From Spirochaetia bacterium (GTDB lineage Bacteria; Spirochaetota; Spirochaetia; SZUA-6; Bin103), in assembly GCA_965208575.1 (NCBI GenBank), contig CBDBOV010000006.1:704001-768000 (forward strand): a DNA stretch of 64,000 nt. The letters run 5' to 3'. Positions 56,511-64,000 of this stretch are shown in pieces (the stretch's first letter is position 1; each line of letters begins with the position of its first letter). The notes beneath the pieces are model-generated. The model saw only the letters and a list, made by a program, of their open reading frames with translations. It was not told the DNA's origin and searched no databases. The position numbers and the translations under genes are program-made.

Positions 56511-57986
56511 ATGCGGGCGCCAGGAAGCTCCGACCGCGCCGTTGCGCTGATCGATGACTTGCTGGCGGCTTCCGTAGAGACCGCCAGCGTCGAGTTCAAG
56601 GAGAACAACTCCGCACCCCCTCTGATCGGAAAGTACATCTCCGCGCTCGCCAACGCCGCGGCTCTCGACGATGAGCACTTCGGGTACCTGGTGTGGGGTG
56701 TGCGAGACTCCGACCATTCGATTGTGGGTACCACGTTCGATCCCGACTCGGTCGTACGGAACGGCCAGCCATTACCGTTTTGGCTTGCGCAGCGACTCAC
56801 CCCGGACGTGGCATTTCGATTTCAGACCGTAGTGCACCCGGGCGGGCGGGTGGTGCTGCTGACGGTTCCTGCCGCCACTGCAAGCCCCGTGGACTTCGAT
56901 CGCACAGCGTATCTCCGGATAGGCTCAGCGACGCCGCGTCTGGCCGACTATCCGGAACGCCAAAGGGCACTTTGGAGAAAGCTTCAGCCATTCCTGTGGG
57001 AGACCGGTATCGCGGCGAGCTTCTTGACGGAAGACGAGGTGCTTGCGCGCATCGACTATCCCAGCTACTTCGACCTTACTGATCAGCCGCTGCCGAATAA
57101 TCGACGCGGTATCGTCGAGCGCCTTGGCCACGACCGGGTTATCGGCCCGGATGTCGGCGGCCGCTGGAACATCACGCATCTCGGGGCAATACTGTTCGCC
57201 AAGCGGCTCGACCAGTTCGAGCCAAGCATCGCCCGCAAGGCGGTGCGCTTCGCCTGCTACGATGGGCCGAGCCGGGCGGACGCGGTGATCCACCGGTACG
57301 ATGAACCGCGTGGTTACGGCGCCGGCTTCGTGAATGTGGTCGACTACGTTGACCGGCTGATACCGAAGCGCGAACAGATCGGCAAGGCGTTTCGGACGGA
57401 GCATCCGAGGTTCCCTTCCGTGGCTGTTCGAGAACTGATCGCAAACGCACTCATTCACCAGGACATGACCATTACCGGTGCCGGACCGTCAGTCGAGTTG
57501 TTCAGCAACCGCCTGGAGATCACCAATCCGGGGACACCCTTGATCAGCCCGAACAGATTCATCGACGCTCCGTCGCGTTCACGCAACGAATCACTCGCCG
57601 CTTTCATGCGCCGTATGAAGCTCTGCGAAGAGCAGGGCACCGGAATCGACAAGGTGATAGCGGCGGTGGAGCGCCAACACATGCCGCCGCCTGACTTTCG
57701 CGTCGGGAATGGTCGGATAGAGGCGACGCGGGCGATACTCTTTGCGCCCGTAGCGTATGCCGAAATGACGATTCAGGAACGGATGCGGGCTTGTTATCAA
57801 CATGCCGCCCTGAAGTATCTGGAGCGCGGCGTGCTGACCAATTCCAGTCTGCGGCAGCGCTTTGGTCTTGTGGGTCGGGACGGCGCCAATGTGTCGCAGG
57901 TGATCCGCCTTGCTCGGGATCGCGGCCTGATCAAGCCGTCCGATCCGGCCCACCTGCGATCAGGCTACCTGCCTTTCTGGGCTTAG
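56511..57986 (+). CDS. Schlafen/AlbA_2 + HATPase_c_4-like + wHTH protein
   Basis: ETASVEFK, ISALAN, YLVWGVRD; RELIANALIHQD, LEITNPG, SRNE, CEEQGTGIDK; LTNSSLRQRFG...YLPFWA. Confidence 0.85.
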   Translation: MRAPGSSDRAVALIDDLLAASVETASVEFKENNSAPPLIGKYISALANAAALDDEHFGYLVWGVRDSDHSIVGTTFDPDSVVRNGQPLPFWLAQRLTPDVAFRFQTVVHPGGRVVLLTVPAATASPVDFDRTAYLRIGSATPRLADYPERQRALWRKLQPFLWETGIAASFLTEDEVLARIDYPSYFDLTDQPLPNNRRGIVERLGHDRVIGPDVGGRWNITHLGAILFAKRLDQFEPSIARKAVRFACYDGPSRADAVIHRYDEPRGYGAGFVNVVDYVDRLIPKREQIGKAFRTEHPRFPSVAVRELIANALIHQDMTITGAGPSVELFSNRLEITNPGTPLISPNRFIDAPSRSRNESLAAFMRRMKLCEEQGTGIDKVIAAVERQHMPPPDFRVGNGRIEATRAILFAPVAYAEMTIQERMRACYQHAALKYLERGVLTNSSLRQRFGLVGRDGANVSQVIRLARDRGLIKPSDPAHLRSGYLPFWA

Positions 57987-58035
57987 CGACTCGGAGTACC
58001 GCGCGGACCGGCGTGCATCCGCGCCGCTGCCCGGC

Positions 58036-59517
58036 TCAAGGGTCATCGCCCGGGAGCGGCGGGGTGGTGGCCGGGAGCGTGACGGCGGCGGCGGCCTGGT
58101 CGAGCAGGTGCGCCAGTTGCAGGAGGGTGGTTTCGGAGTAAGGGCGGGCGATGAGCTGGGCGGCGATCGGCAGGCCGGCCGCGGTGTGGCCGGCCGGGAC
58201 CACCACCGACGGCAAGCCGGCGTGGGAGGCCAGGCTGTTGGTGCCGTCGACTCTGCTCTCCCCCACCCGGCTGGCGCCGGCCAGGCTGTAGGGCAGCAGC
58301 AGCGCGTCGAGGCGGTGGCGCGCGAGCACGTCGACCAGGGCGTCGCGGAGCATCGCCTGCGCCTGCAGCCGCGCCAAGTAGTAGTCGCTCTGCTCCGGGG
58401 GCGGCAGCGCAAGCGCCTCCCGGAATCTCCCCTTGAGCCGATCCACCCCAGCGCTTTCGATGAGTTGCTCGACCGTCCGATACGGGACACCCGGTCCGAG
58501 CCGGGCGAAGTAGGCGTTCATGGCCGGAATCAACTCGTAGGAGGTGGCCGAGCTCTGCCGCGTCTCCAGGGTGCCGACGTCCTGCAGGTCGATGCCGGTC
58601 AGCACGGGATCGACCACGATGGCGCCCTCCTGCCGCAGAGTCGCCAGCAGCCGGTCCATGATCTCGATGCCCTCGCCGTGGCGCGGCTCGTCGCGCCACA
58701 TTTCGCGCAGCACGCCGATGCGAAACGCGCCCAGGCCGGCGCCGGCAAGTTGCGCCTCGTACGGCTGCCGGGGAAACCACGGCAGCGCTTCGCCGGTGGT
58801 CATGTCCTCGGGGTCCCAGCCGGTGAGGCAGGTCAGCAGCGCGGCAAGGTCGAACGCCGAGCGCGCCATGATGCCGAGGCGGCCGATGGTGGGCGCCATG
58901 CACATGCTGCCGGCGCGGCTCACCAGCCCGCGCGACGGGATCAGTCCCAGCACGCCACTGTCGGCGGCCGGCATCAGCACCGAACCGCTGGCATCGGTGC
59001 CCAGGCCCAGGGGCGCGTAGTTCGCCGCCAGCGCGGCGCCGGTGCCGCAACTCGATCCGCCCGGCACGTAGTCCAGGTGGTGCGGGTTCAGGGTCTGGCC
59101 GCCGAGCGTGCTCGCGCTCATCGGCGCCTTGCCGAACCAGTCGTTGGCATTGACCTTGGCCAGCACCACCGCGCCGGCATCATGCAGCCGCCGGATCGCC
59201 GCCGCGTCGCGTACCGGAAAGGACTCGGCGAGCGCCGTGAACCCGCCGGTCGTCGGCATGCCGGCGACGTCGATGGTGTCCTTGACCACCACCGGAACGC
59301 CGTGCAGCGGCCCGCGCGCCGCGCGTCGTTCGCGCTCCCGGTCCAACTCGCGCGCCCGCCCCAGGGCCTCGGGATTCAGGTTGATCACCGCGTTGACGCA
59401 CGGCCCGCGCTGGTCGTACGCCGCGATCCGATCCAGGTAGTGCTGCACCAGCCGTTCCGCCGTCAGCCTGCCGTCATCGAGCGCGCGCCCGATTGCCGGC
59501 AACGCCGGCCCCGACAC
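58036..59517 (-). CDS. Amidase-signature family enzyme
   Basis: GPLHGVPVVVKD, PGGSSCG, GTDASGSV, GLVSRAG, GLPIAAQL. Start uncertain (59517-59583). Confidence 0.88.
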   Translation of the reverse strand: MSGPALPAIGRALDDGRLTAERLVQHYLDRIAAYDQRGPCVNAVINLNPEALGRARELDRERERRAARGPLHGVPVVVKDTIDVAGMPTTGGFTALAESFPVRDAAAIRRLHDAGAVVLAKVNANDWFGKAPMSASTLGGQTLNPHHLDYVPGGSSCGTGAALAANYAPLGLGTDASGSVLMPAADSGVLGLIPSRGLVSRAGSMCMAPTIGRLGIMARSAFDLAALLTCLTGWDPEDMTTGEALPWFPRQPYEAQLAGAGLGAFRIGVLREMWRDEPRHGEGIEIMDRLLATLRQEGAIVVDPVLTGIDLQDVGTLETRQSSATSYELIPAMNAYFARLGPGVPYRTVEQLIESAGVDRLKGRFREALALPPPEQSDYYLARLQAQAMLRDALVDVLARHRLDALLLPYSLAGASRVGESRVDGTNSLASHAGLPSVVVPAGHTAAGLPIAAQLIARPYSETTLLQLAHLLDQAAAAVTLPATTPPLPGDDP

Positions 59518-59739
59518 CGCAACCCCTTCCCCGGACCTCCGATCCACCGCCGCAGTGTGGGCCACAATCACGCCCCGGTCCATACACGCGCGCTCCACGC
59601 GTGGTCGGTGGGCACCGACTCCATCTCGTTCGTGACAGCGACCCATGTCAGTCGAGTGCCGTCAAGTCCCCCGCGACCAAGCGTGACCAAACGCCGTTTC
59701 TGTAGTACGGTGTGTCCGACGGAGCGGTTCTCCTCAGCC

Positions 59740-61476
59740 ATGCGTAATGCCCTGCTGGTATACCCCGACTACCCCCCCTCCTACTGGGGCATCAACTACG
59801 CCCTGGAGTTGCTCGGCGCGAAGGCGGCTTTCCCGCCGCTCGGACTGCTCACGGTCGCGGCGATGTTTCCTCCGCAGTACGATCTGCGGGTCGTCGACAT
59901 GAACGTCGCCCCGCTCGAAGACTCCGACCTCGAATGGGCCGACATGGTGTTCACGTCGACCATGATCGTGCAGCGGGAGTCGCTGCGCACGGTGATCGAG
60001 CGCTGCAACCGCGCCGGCGTGCCGGTGGTGGCGGGCGGCCCCTATCCGACCGCGTGCCACGAGGAGATCACGGGCGTCGACCACTTCATTCTGGACGAGG
60101 CGGAGGAGACCTTCGCCGGGTTCCTGCAGGACCTGCAAGCAGGCCGAGCCAAGCCGATCTATCGCGAGCCGCGCAAACCCGATGTCACGCGCACGCCGAT
60201 CCCGCGCTTCGACCTGGTCAGGCTGCAGGACTATCACGCCATGTGCGTGCAGTTCTCGCGCGGCTGCCCGTTCGACTGCGAGTTCTGCGACATCACCAAG
60301 CTCTACGGACGCGTACCGCGCACCAAGTGTCCGGAGCAGATGGTGACGGAGTTCGAAGCGCTGTACCGGCAAGGCTGGCGCGGCTACCTGTTCCTGGTCG
60401 ACGACAACTTCATAGGCAACAAGCGCGAGGCCCTGAAGCTGCTGCCGGTGGTCGCCGAGTGGCAGCGCGCGCACAAGTTTCCGTTCCGGCTGTTCACCGA
60501 GGCGAGCGTGAACCTGGCGCGCATGGACACGGTGATGGACGCGATGATCGAGGCCGGCTTCAACGGAGTGTTCCTGGGCATCGAGACGCCCAACCCGAAA
60601 GCCCTGGCGATTACCAAGAAACCGCAGAACATCAGCACGCGCGAGCCGGACTACCTGCTGAACGCGGTGCGCAAGATCCAGCACAAGGGCATGCAGGTGA
60701 TGGGCGGATTCATCCTGGGGCTGGACGGAGACGACGAGCGGGTGTTCGGTTCCCAGGTCCAGTTCATTCAGGACGCCGGCATTCCGATGGCGTTGGTGGG
60801 GCTGCTGACCGCCCTGAAGGGCACGGATCTCTACCAGCGGATGCAATCGGAGGGCCGGCTCCTGGAGGTGCCCGTCGGCACCAGCACGACGGCCCTCAAC
60901 TTCGTACCGCAGATGGACCCGCAGAAACTGATCGAGGGATACCTGCGGGTGAACTCCACCGTCTACGACCCCTCCCTCGAGAACTACTTCGAGCGCTGCC
61001 TGACCTTGTTCCGGCACCTGAAGCCGCTGCCGCACGTGACCCCGTCCCTGCGCGCCCACGAGGTATACCCGGCACTGATGATGGTGCGCGGGCGCCTCTC
61101 GCCCGGCCAGATCCCGGCCTACAGCAAGTTCATCGCGAAGGTGTCGAAGGACCATCCGTCCATGCTCGCGGAGGCGATCCGCCTGGCGGCGCTGGGCTAT
61201 CACTTCGAGAAGTTCACCCGCCATCAGCAGGTATTTCAGGGGTTCAAGGACTTCCTGGAAGCCGAGTTGACGCTGTTCCGGGACGCCGCTTCGCATCCCG
61301 GCACGAATGGGCATGGCTTCGACAGCCGGAGGCAGGCGCTGCTGGCCCGCGTCGACTCACGCTACCGGTCGATCCCGGCCGACTTTCGCTTCGACGCCGA
61401 CGGCCTCGACGACGTGGTGGCCTCGTTCCGGTCCGCGATCAACGACGCCGAGCCGCTGCCGGTTGCCACTCCGTAA
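59740..61476 (+). CDS. B12-binding-domain radical SAM protein (DUF4070-type C-terminus)
   Basis: PPLGLLTVAA, VAGGPYPT, SRGCPFDCEFCD, VDDNFIG, FLGIETP, GFILGLD. Confidence 0.9.
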   Translation: MRNALLVYPDYPPSYWGINYALELLGAKAAFPPLGLLTVAAMFPPQYDLRVVDMNVAPLEDSDLEWADMVFTSTMIVQRESLRTVIERCNRAGVPVVAGGPYPTACHEEITGVDHFILDEAEETFAGFLQDLQAGRAKPIYREPRKPDVTRTPIPRFDLVRLQDYHAMCVQFSRGCPFDCEFCDITKLYGRVPRTKCPEQMVTEFEALYRQGWRGYLFLVDDNFIGNKREALKLLPVVAEWQRAHKFPFRLFTEASVNLARMDTVMDAMIEAGFNGVFLGIETPNPKALAITKKPQNISTREPDYLLNAVRKIQHKGMQVMGGFILGLDGDDERVFGSQVQFIQDAGIPMALVGLLTALKGTDLYQRMQSEGRLLEVPVGTSTTALNFVPQMDPQKLIEGYLRVNSTVYDPSLENYFERCLTLFRHLKPLPHVTPSLRAHEVYPALMMVRGRLSPGQIPAYSKFIAKVSKDHPSMLAEAIRLAALGYHFEKFTRHQQVFQGFKDFLEAELTLFRDAASHPGTNGHGFDSRRQALLARVDSRYRSIPADFRFDADGLDDVVASFRSAINDAEPLPVATP

Positions 61477-61596
61477 AGCGCTTCTGATCCGCTCGCAGGC
61501 AGGCCGGCCGGCGCTCGAGCCGCGGGTCATGGGCTCGTTCAGGTCCGGTCCCGAAGAAGATCGACACCTTGTCCGGAAATGTGTTATCAAGCGTCC

Positions 61597-62610
61597 ATGG
61601 CACGGAAGAATCGGTTGGTGACGAAGACGACGGTGGTGCTTGCCGTCCTGGTTCTGGGGGTGCTCGCGAGCACTGCCGCACATGCGCGCACGACGGCCGG
61701 GCAGGTGGCGGACCGCGACAGCCTGCAGGCATTCGTCGAGGGAGCGAAGGAATATATCGAGGGGATCACGGACGTCAACGAAGGTGCGAAGCTGCGGGAA
61801 CGGCTTCGACAGGAGGGCGACTGGAAGTCCGGAGAGACGTTTCTGGTGGTCTTCCTGAAGAATGGATACCCCTTCATTCATGGCAACGACCGCAGCGCGG
61901 AGAGCAGGAACCTGCTGGCTGTCGAGGATGAGCGCGGGCTGAAGGTCGTCGCGGAGCTGTTCGCCGCCGCGGCAGCAGGTGGTGGCTTCGTCGAGTACCA
62001 CGTTGACGGGGCGAAGACTGCCTATGCCGTCGAGTACACTTCGGGCATAACCGGAAGACCGTTCGTGCTGGTCGGTGGCTACGTGCAGGACGTCTCCCAC
62101 GTTCCGATCAAGTACGCCGACCTTCCGCGGCCCGCCGTTACCGCGGCGGAGGTCGTGGACCGGGAGACCCTGATCGCCTTTGTCGAGGAGGCCGCGAAAG
62201 CCTACCAGATTGGCGTAATGTCCGAGAACTTCAGCGGCCTGACGGAGATCAGGAACGCTTTCCGTCAAGAAGGCGGATACTGGAAGCAAGGTTCGATCTA
62301 TCTGTGGCTCGTCAGCGGCGCAGGCATCATTCTGTTTCACGCCACCGACAGCGAGCTCGAGGGCAGGCTCGCCAATGTGGATCGGGTGGACGTGAATGGA
62401 GTCAGGTTCGTCCACGAAATGATCACGGGAGCGCGCGAGCAGGAGGAAGGCAAATTTCTCGAGTACAACTTTGACGATCCCACGGTCGAGGGAGATGAAG
62501 AAACGGGATCTCCGAAGATCGGCTACGCCAAGGGCTTCCCGGTACCGAACTCCGACCAGAAGCTCATCGTCGGCTCCGGGATCTTCCTGTCCGACGATCC
62601 CGGCGAGTAA
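61597..62610 (+). CDS. Exported tandem Cache-like domain protein without output domain
   Basis: Signal peptide (STAAHA); two repeats DRDSLQAFVE/DRETLIAFVE, RQEGDWKSGETFL/RQEGGYWKQGSIYL, DERG/DVNG, K.AYA/K.GYA, LVGG/IVGSG. Confidence 0.72.
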   Translation: MARKNRLVTKTTVVLAVLVLGVLASTAAHARTTAGQVADRDSLQAFVEGAKEYIEGITDVNEGAKLRERLRQEGDWKSGETFLVVFLKNGYPFIHGNDRSAESRNLLAVEDERGLKVVAELFAAAAAGGGFVEYHVDGAKTAYAVEYTSGITGRPFVLVGGYVQDVSHVPIKYADLPRPAVTAAEVVDRETLIAFVEEAAKAYQIGVMSENFSGLTEIRNAFRQEGGYWKQGSIYLWLVSGAGIILFHATDSELEGRLANVDRVDVNGVRFVHEMITGAREQEEGKFLEYNFDDPTVEGDEETGSPKIGYAKGFPVPNSDQKLIVGSGIFLSDDPGE

Positions 62611-62678
62611 ACGCGGGGAACCTTGGTGTCAGGTCGTACGGCCACGCGCTCGGGCGCGTGGCTCCCATGCGGGCTCTG

Positions 62679-63611
62679 CTACACCGACCTGGCGGCATCG
62701 GCACCGAGGCGACCACCACCACCCCTCAGCCGCGGGTCGAGCAGGTCGCGCATGGCGTCGCCGAACATGTTGAGGCTGTACACGGTGAGCGTCAGGCAGA
62801 GACCGGGCCAGAGGGCGAGCCATGGCGCCATTTCCATGTACTGGCGCCCCTCCCTGCTGAGCATGCCTCCCCAGCTCGGAGTCTTGAGTGGCAGGCCGAA
62901 CCCGAGGAAGCTCAGAGAAGCCTCAGAGATGATCACCCCGCCGATGTTGATGCTGAATATGATGATTACGACGGGCGTGATGTTGGGCAGGACATGGCGC
63001 ATGAGTGTTCTCCATTTTGACGAGCCAAGCGCCTCCGCCGCCTGAAAATAGATGTTTTCCTTGATGTCGATAACGGCGGCTCTCAACACTCTTGAGCCGC
63101 CGATGCCTCCTGCGATCCCGAGGACCATTATTATCTGTAGTACACCGCGCCCCACCAGGGACATTACGGTTAACAATATGAGCAGTCCGGGGAACGCCAT
63201 CCAGGCATCGACAAATCTCTGCACAGCGAGGTCCAACTTACCGCCCAGGAATCCTGAAATGCCGCCTATCAGGACCGCCACCACGACATTGAGAGCGGTC
63301 GCGGACAGACCGACAGCCAACGAGATACGAGCACCGTAGATAAGGCGGCTCAAGAAGTCTCGCCCCAACTGGTCGGTGCCCAGCAGATACTTGGCTGATG
63401 AGCCCTGCAGCCTGTCTATCAAGTGTTGTTCCCAATATGGATATGGTGTCAGGACATTGGCAAAGATAGCTACAAGAGCCAACAGCAATATGACAATCCC
63501 GGCGACAATACCCAGTGGCTTCTCGGTCCACATCCTGCGCAGGAAATTGGCCGTCAAGGAGCTCTTGTCTGGCTCATTTGGTGCTGATGGCAGCCCTGTG
63601 GCATTACTCAT
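62679..63611 (-). CDS. Peptide/nickel ABC permease (DppC-like)
   Basis: LLGTDQLGRDFLSRLIYGARISL, EASLSFLGFG, GDAMRDLLDPR. Confidence 0.92.
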   Translation of the reverse strand: MSNATGLPSAPNEPDKSSLTANFLRRMWTEKPLGIVAGIVILLLALVAIFANVLTPYPYWEQHLIDRLQGSSAKYLLGTDQLGRDFLSRLIYGARISLAVGLSATALNVVVAVLIGGISGFLGGKLDLAVQRFVDAWMAFPGLLILLTVMSLVGRGVLQIIMVLGIAGGIGGSRVLRAAVIDIKENIYFQAAEALGSSKWRTLMRHVLPNITPVVIIIFSINIGGVIISEASLSFLGFGLPLKTPSWGGMLSREGRQYMEMAPWLALWPGLCLTLTVYSLNMFGDAMRDLLDPRLRGGGGRLGADAARSV

Positions 63612-63621
63612 ACTCGCTCCT

Positions 63622-64000
63622 TCACTTGTAGCGGACCCTGGGATCCAGAAAGGGATACATCAAGTCTATCATCAGATTTATCCCGATGACCGCCACGGCG
63701 AAAAACAAGTTTATTCCGGACACCACCGGGTAGTCTCTGTTATTGAGTGCCACCACCATGAGACGCCCCAACCCCGGCAGGTTGAAAATGTTCTCTATGA
63801 TAACGGAGCCACCCACCAGGATAGGCAACGACAAGCCGATCAGGGTAACCACCGGGATGAGGGCATTCTTGGTGGCGTGCCGCACCACCACTACCCGCTC
63901 ACTGAGGCCCTTTGACCAGGCAGTCCTGATGTAGTCCTGCCTGAGCACCTCAAGCATCATGGTGCGCGTCATCCGCATGGTGCTGGCCGACATGGCCGTG
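63622..64000 (-). CDS. Peptide/nickel ABC permease (DppB-like), 3' part only
   Basis: DYIRTAWSKGL, RDYPVVSG, FLDPRVRY; runs off the window edge. Confidence 0.9.
   Translation of the reverse strand, partial: TAMSASTMRMTRTMMLEVLRQDYIRTAWSKGLSERVVVVRHATKNALIPVVTLIGLSLPILVGGSVIIENIFNLPGLGRLMVVALNNRDYPVVSGINLFFAVAVIGINLMIDLMYPFLDPRVRYK

Noticed and set aside
59520-59739. Cobalamin riboswitch upstream of the B12 radical SAM gene
   Set aside because: No B12-box or conserved core recognisable by eye; an Rfam/Infernal scan would be decisive.

Overview
High-GC bacterial window, densely coding. By-eye reading found no rRNA, tRNA or CRISPR array. Left to right it holds: the 3' part of a TolC-family gene; a minus-strand operon with two RND transporters, a lipoprotein adaptor carrying an unusual duplicated C-terminal domain and an OmpR-type two-component system, preceded by a triple direct-repeat operator; an EamA + sorD/sorE-like polyol-phosphate locus whose sorE-like gene has an internally duplicated Rossmann region; an Rpn nuclease with an internal antitoxin-type start, fused tail-to-tail to a broken 2H-phosphoesterase gene; recC-recB-recD; two toxin-antitoxin-type pairs (one truncated); three peptide/nickel-type ABC transporter clusters; many catabolic enzymes; a complete IS3-family element (4-bp target duplication) whose right end carries a long hairpin and a near-consensus outward promoter aimed at a membrane-anchored 11-residue-repeat coiled-coil gene; and stand-alone HTH-HATPase-STAS-like, Schlafen-HATPase and double-Cache genes. 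The gene content resembles host-associated (e.g. sponge-symbiont, possibly Spirochaetaceae-like) genomes, but that is inference only. All calls come from motif recognition in the translations; no database search was run. Start codons were re-picked by eye from RBS and gene overlap.
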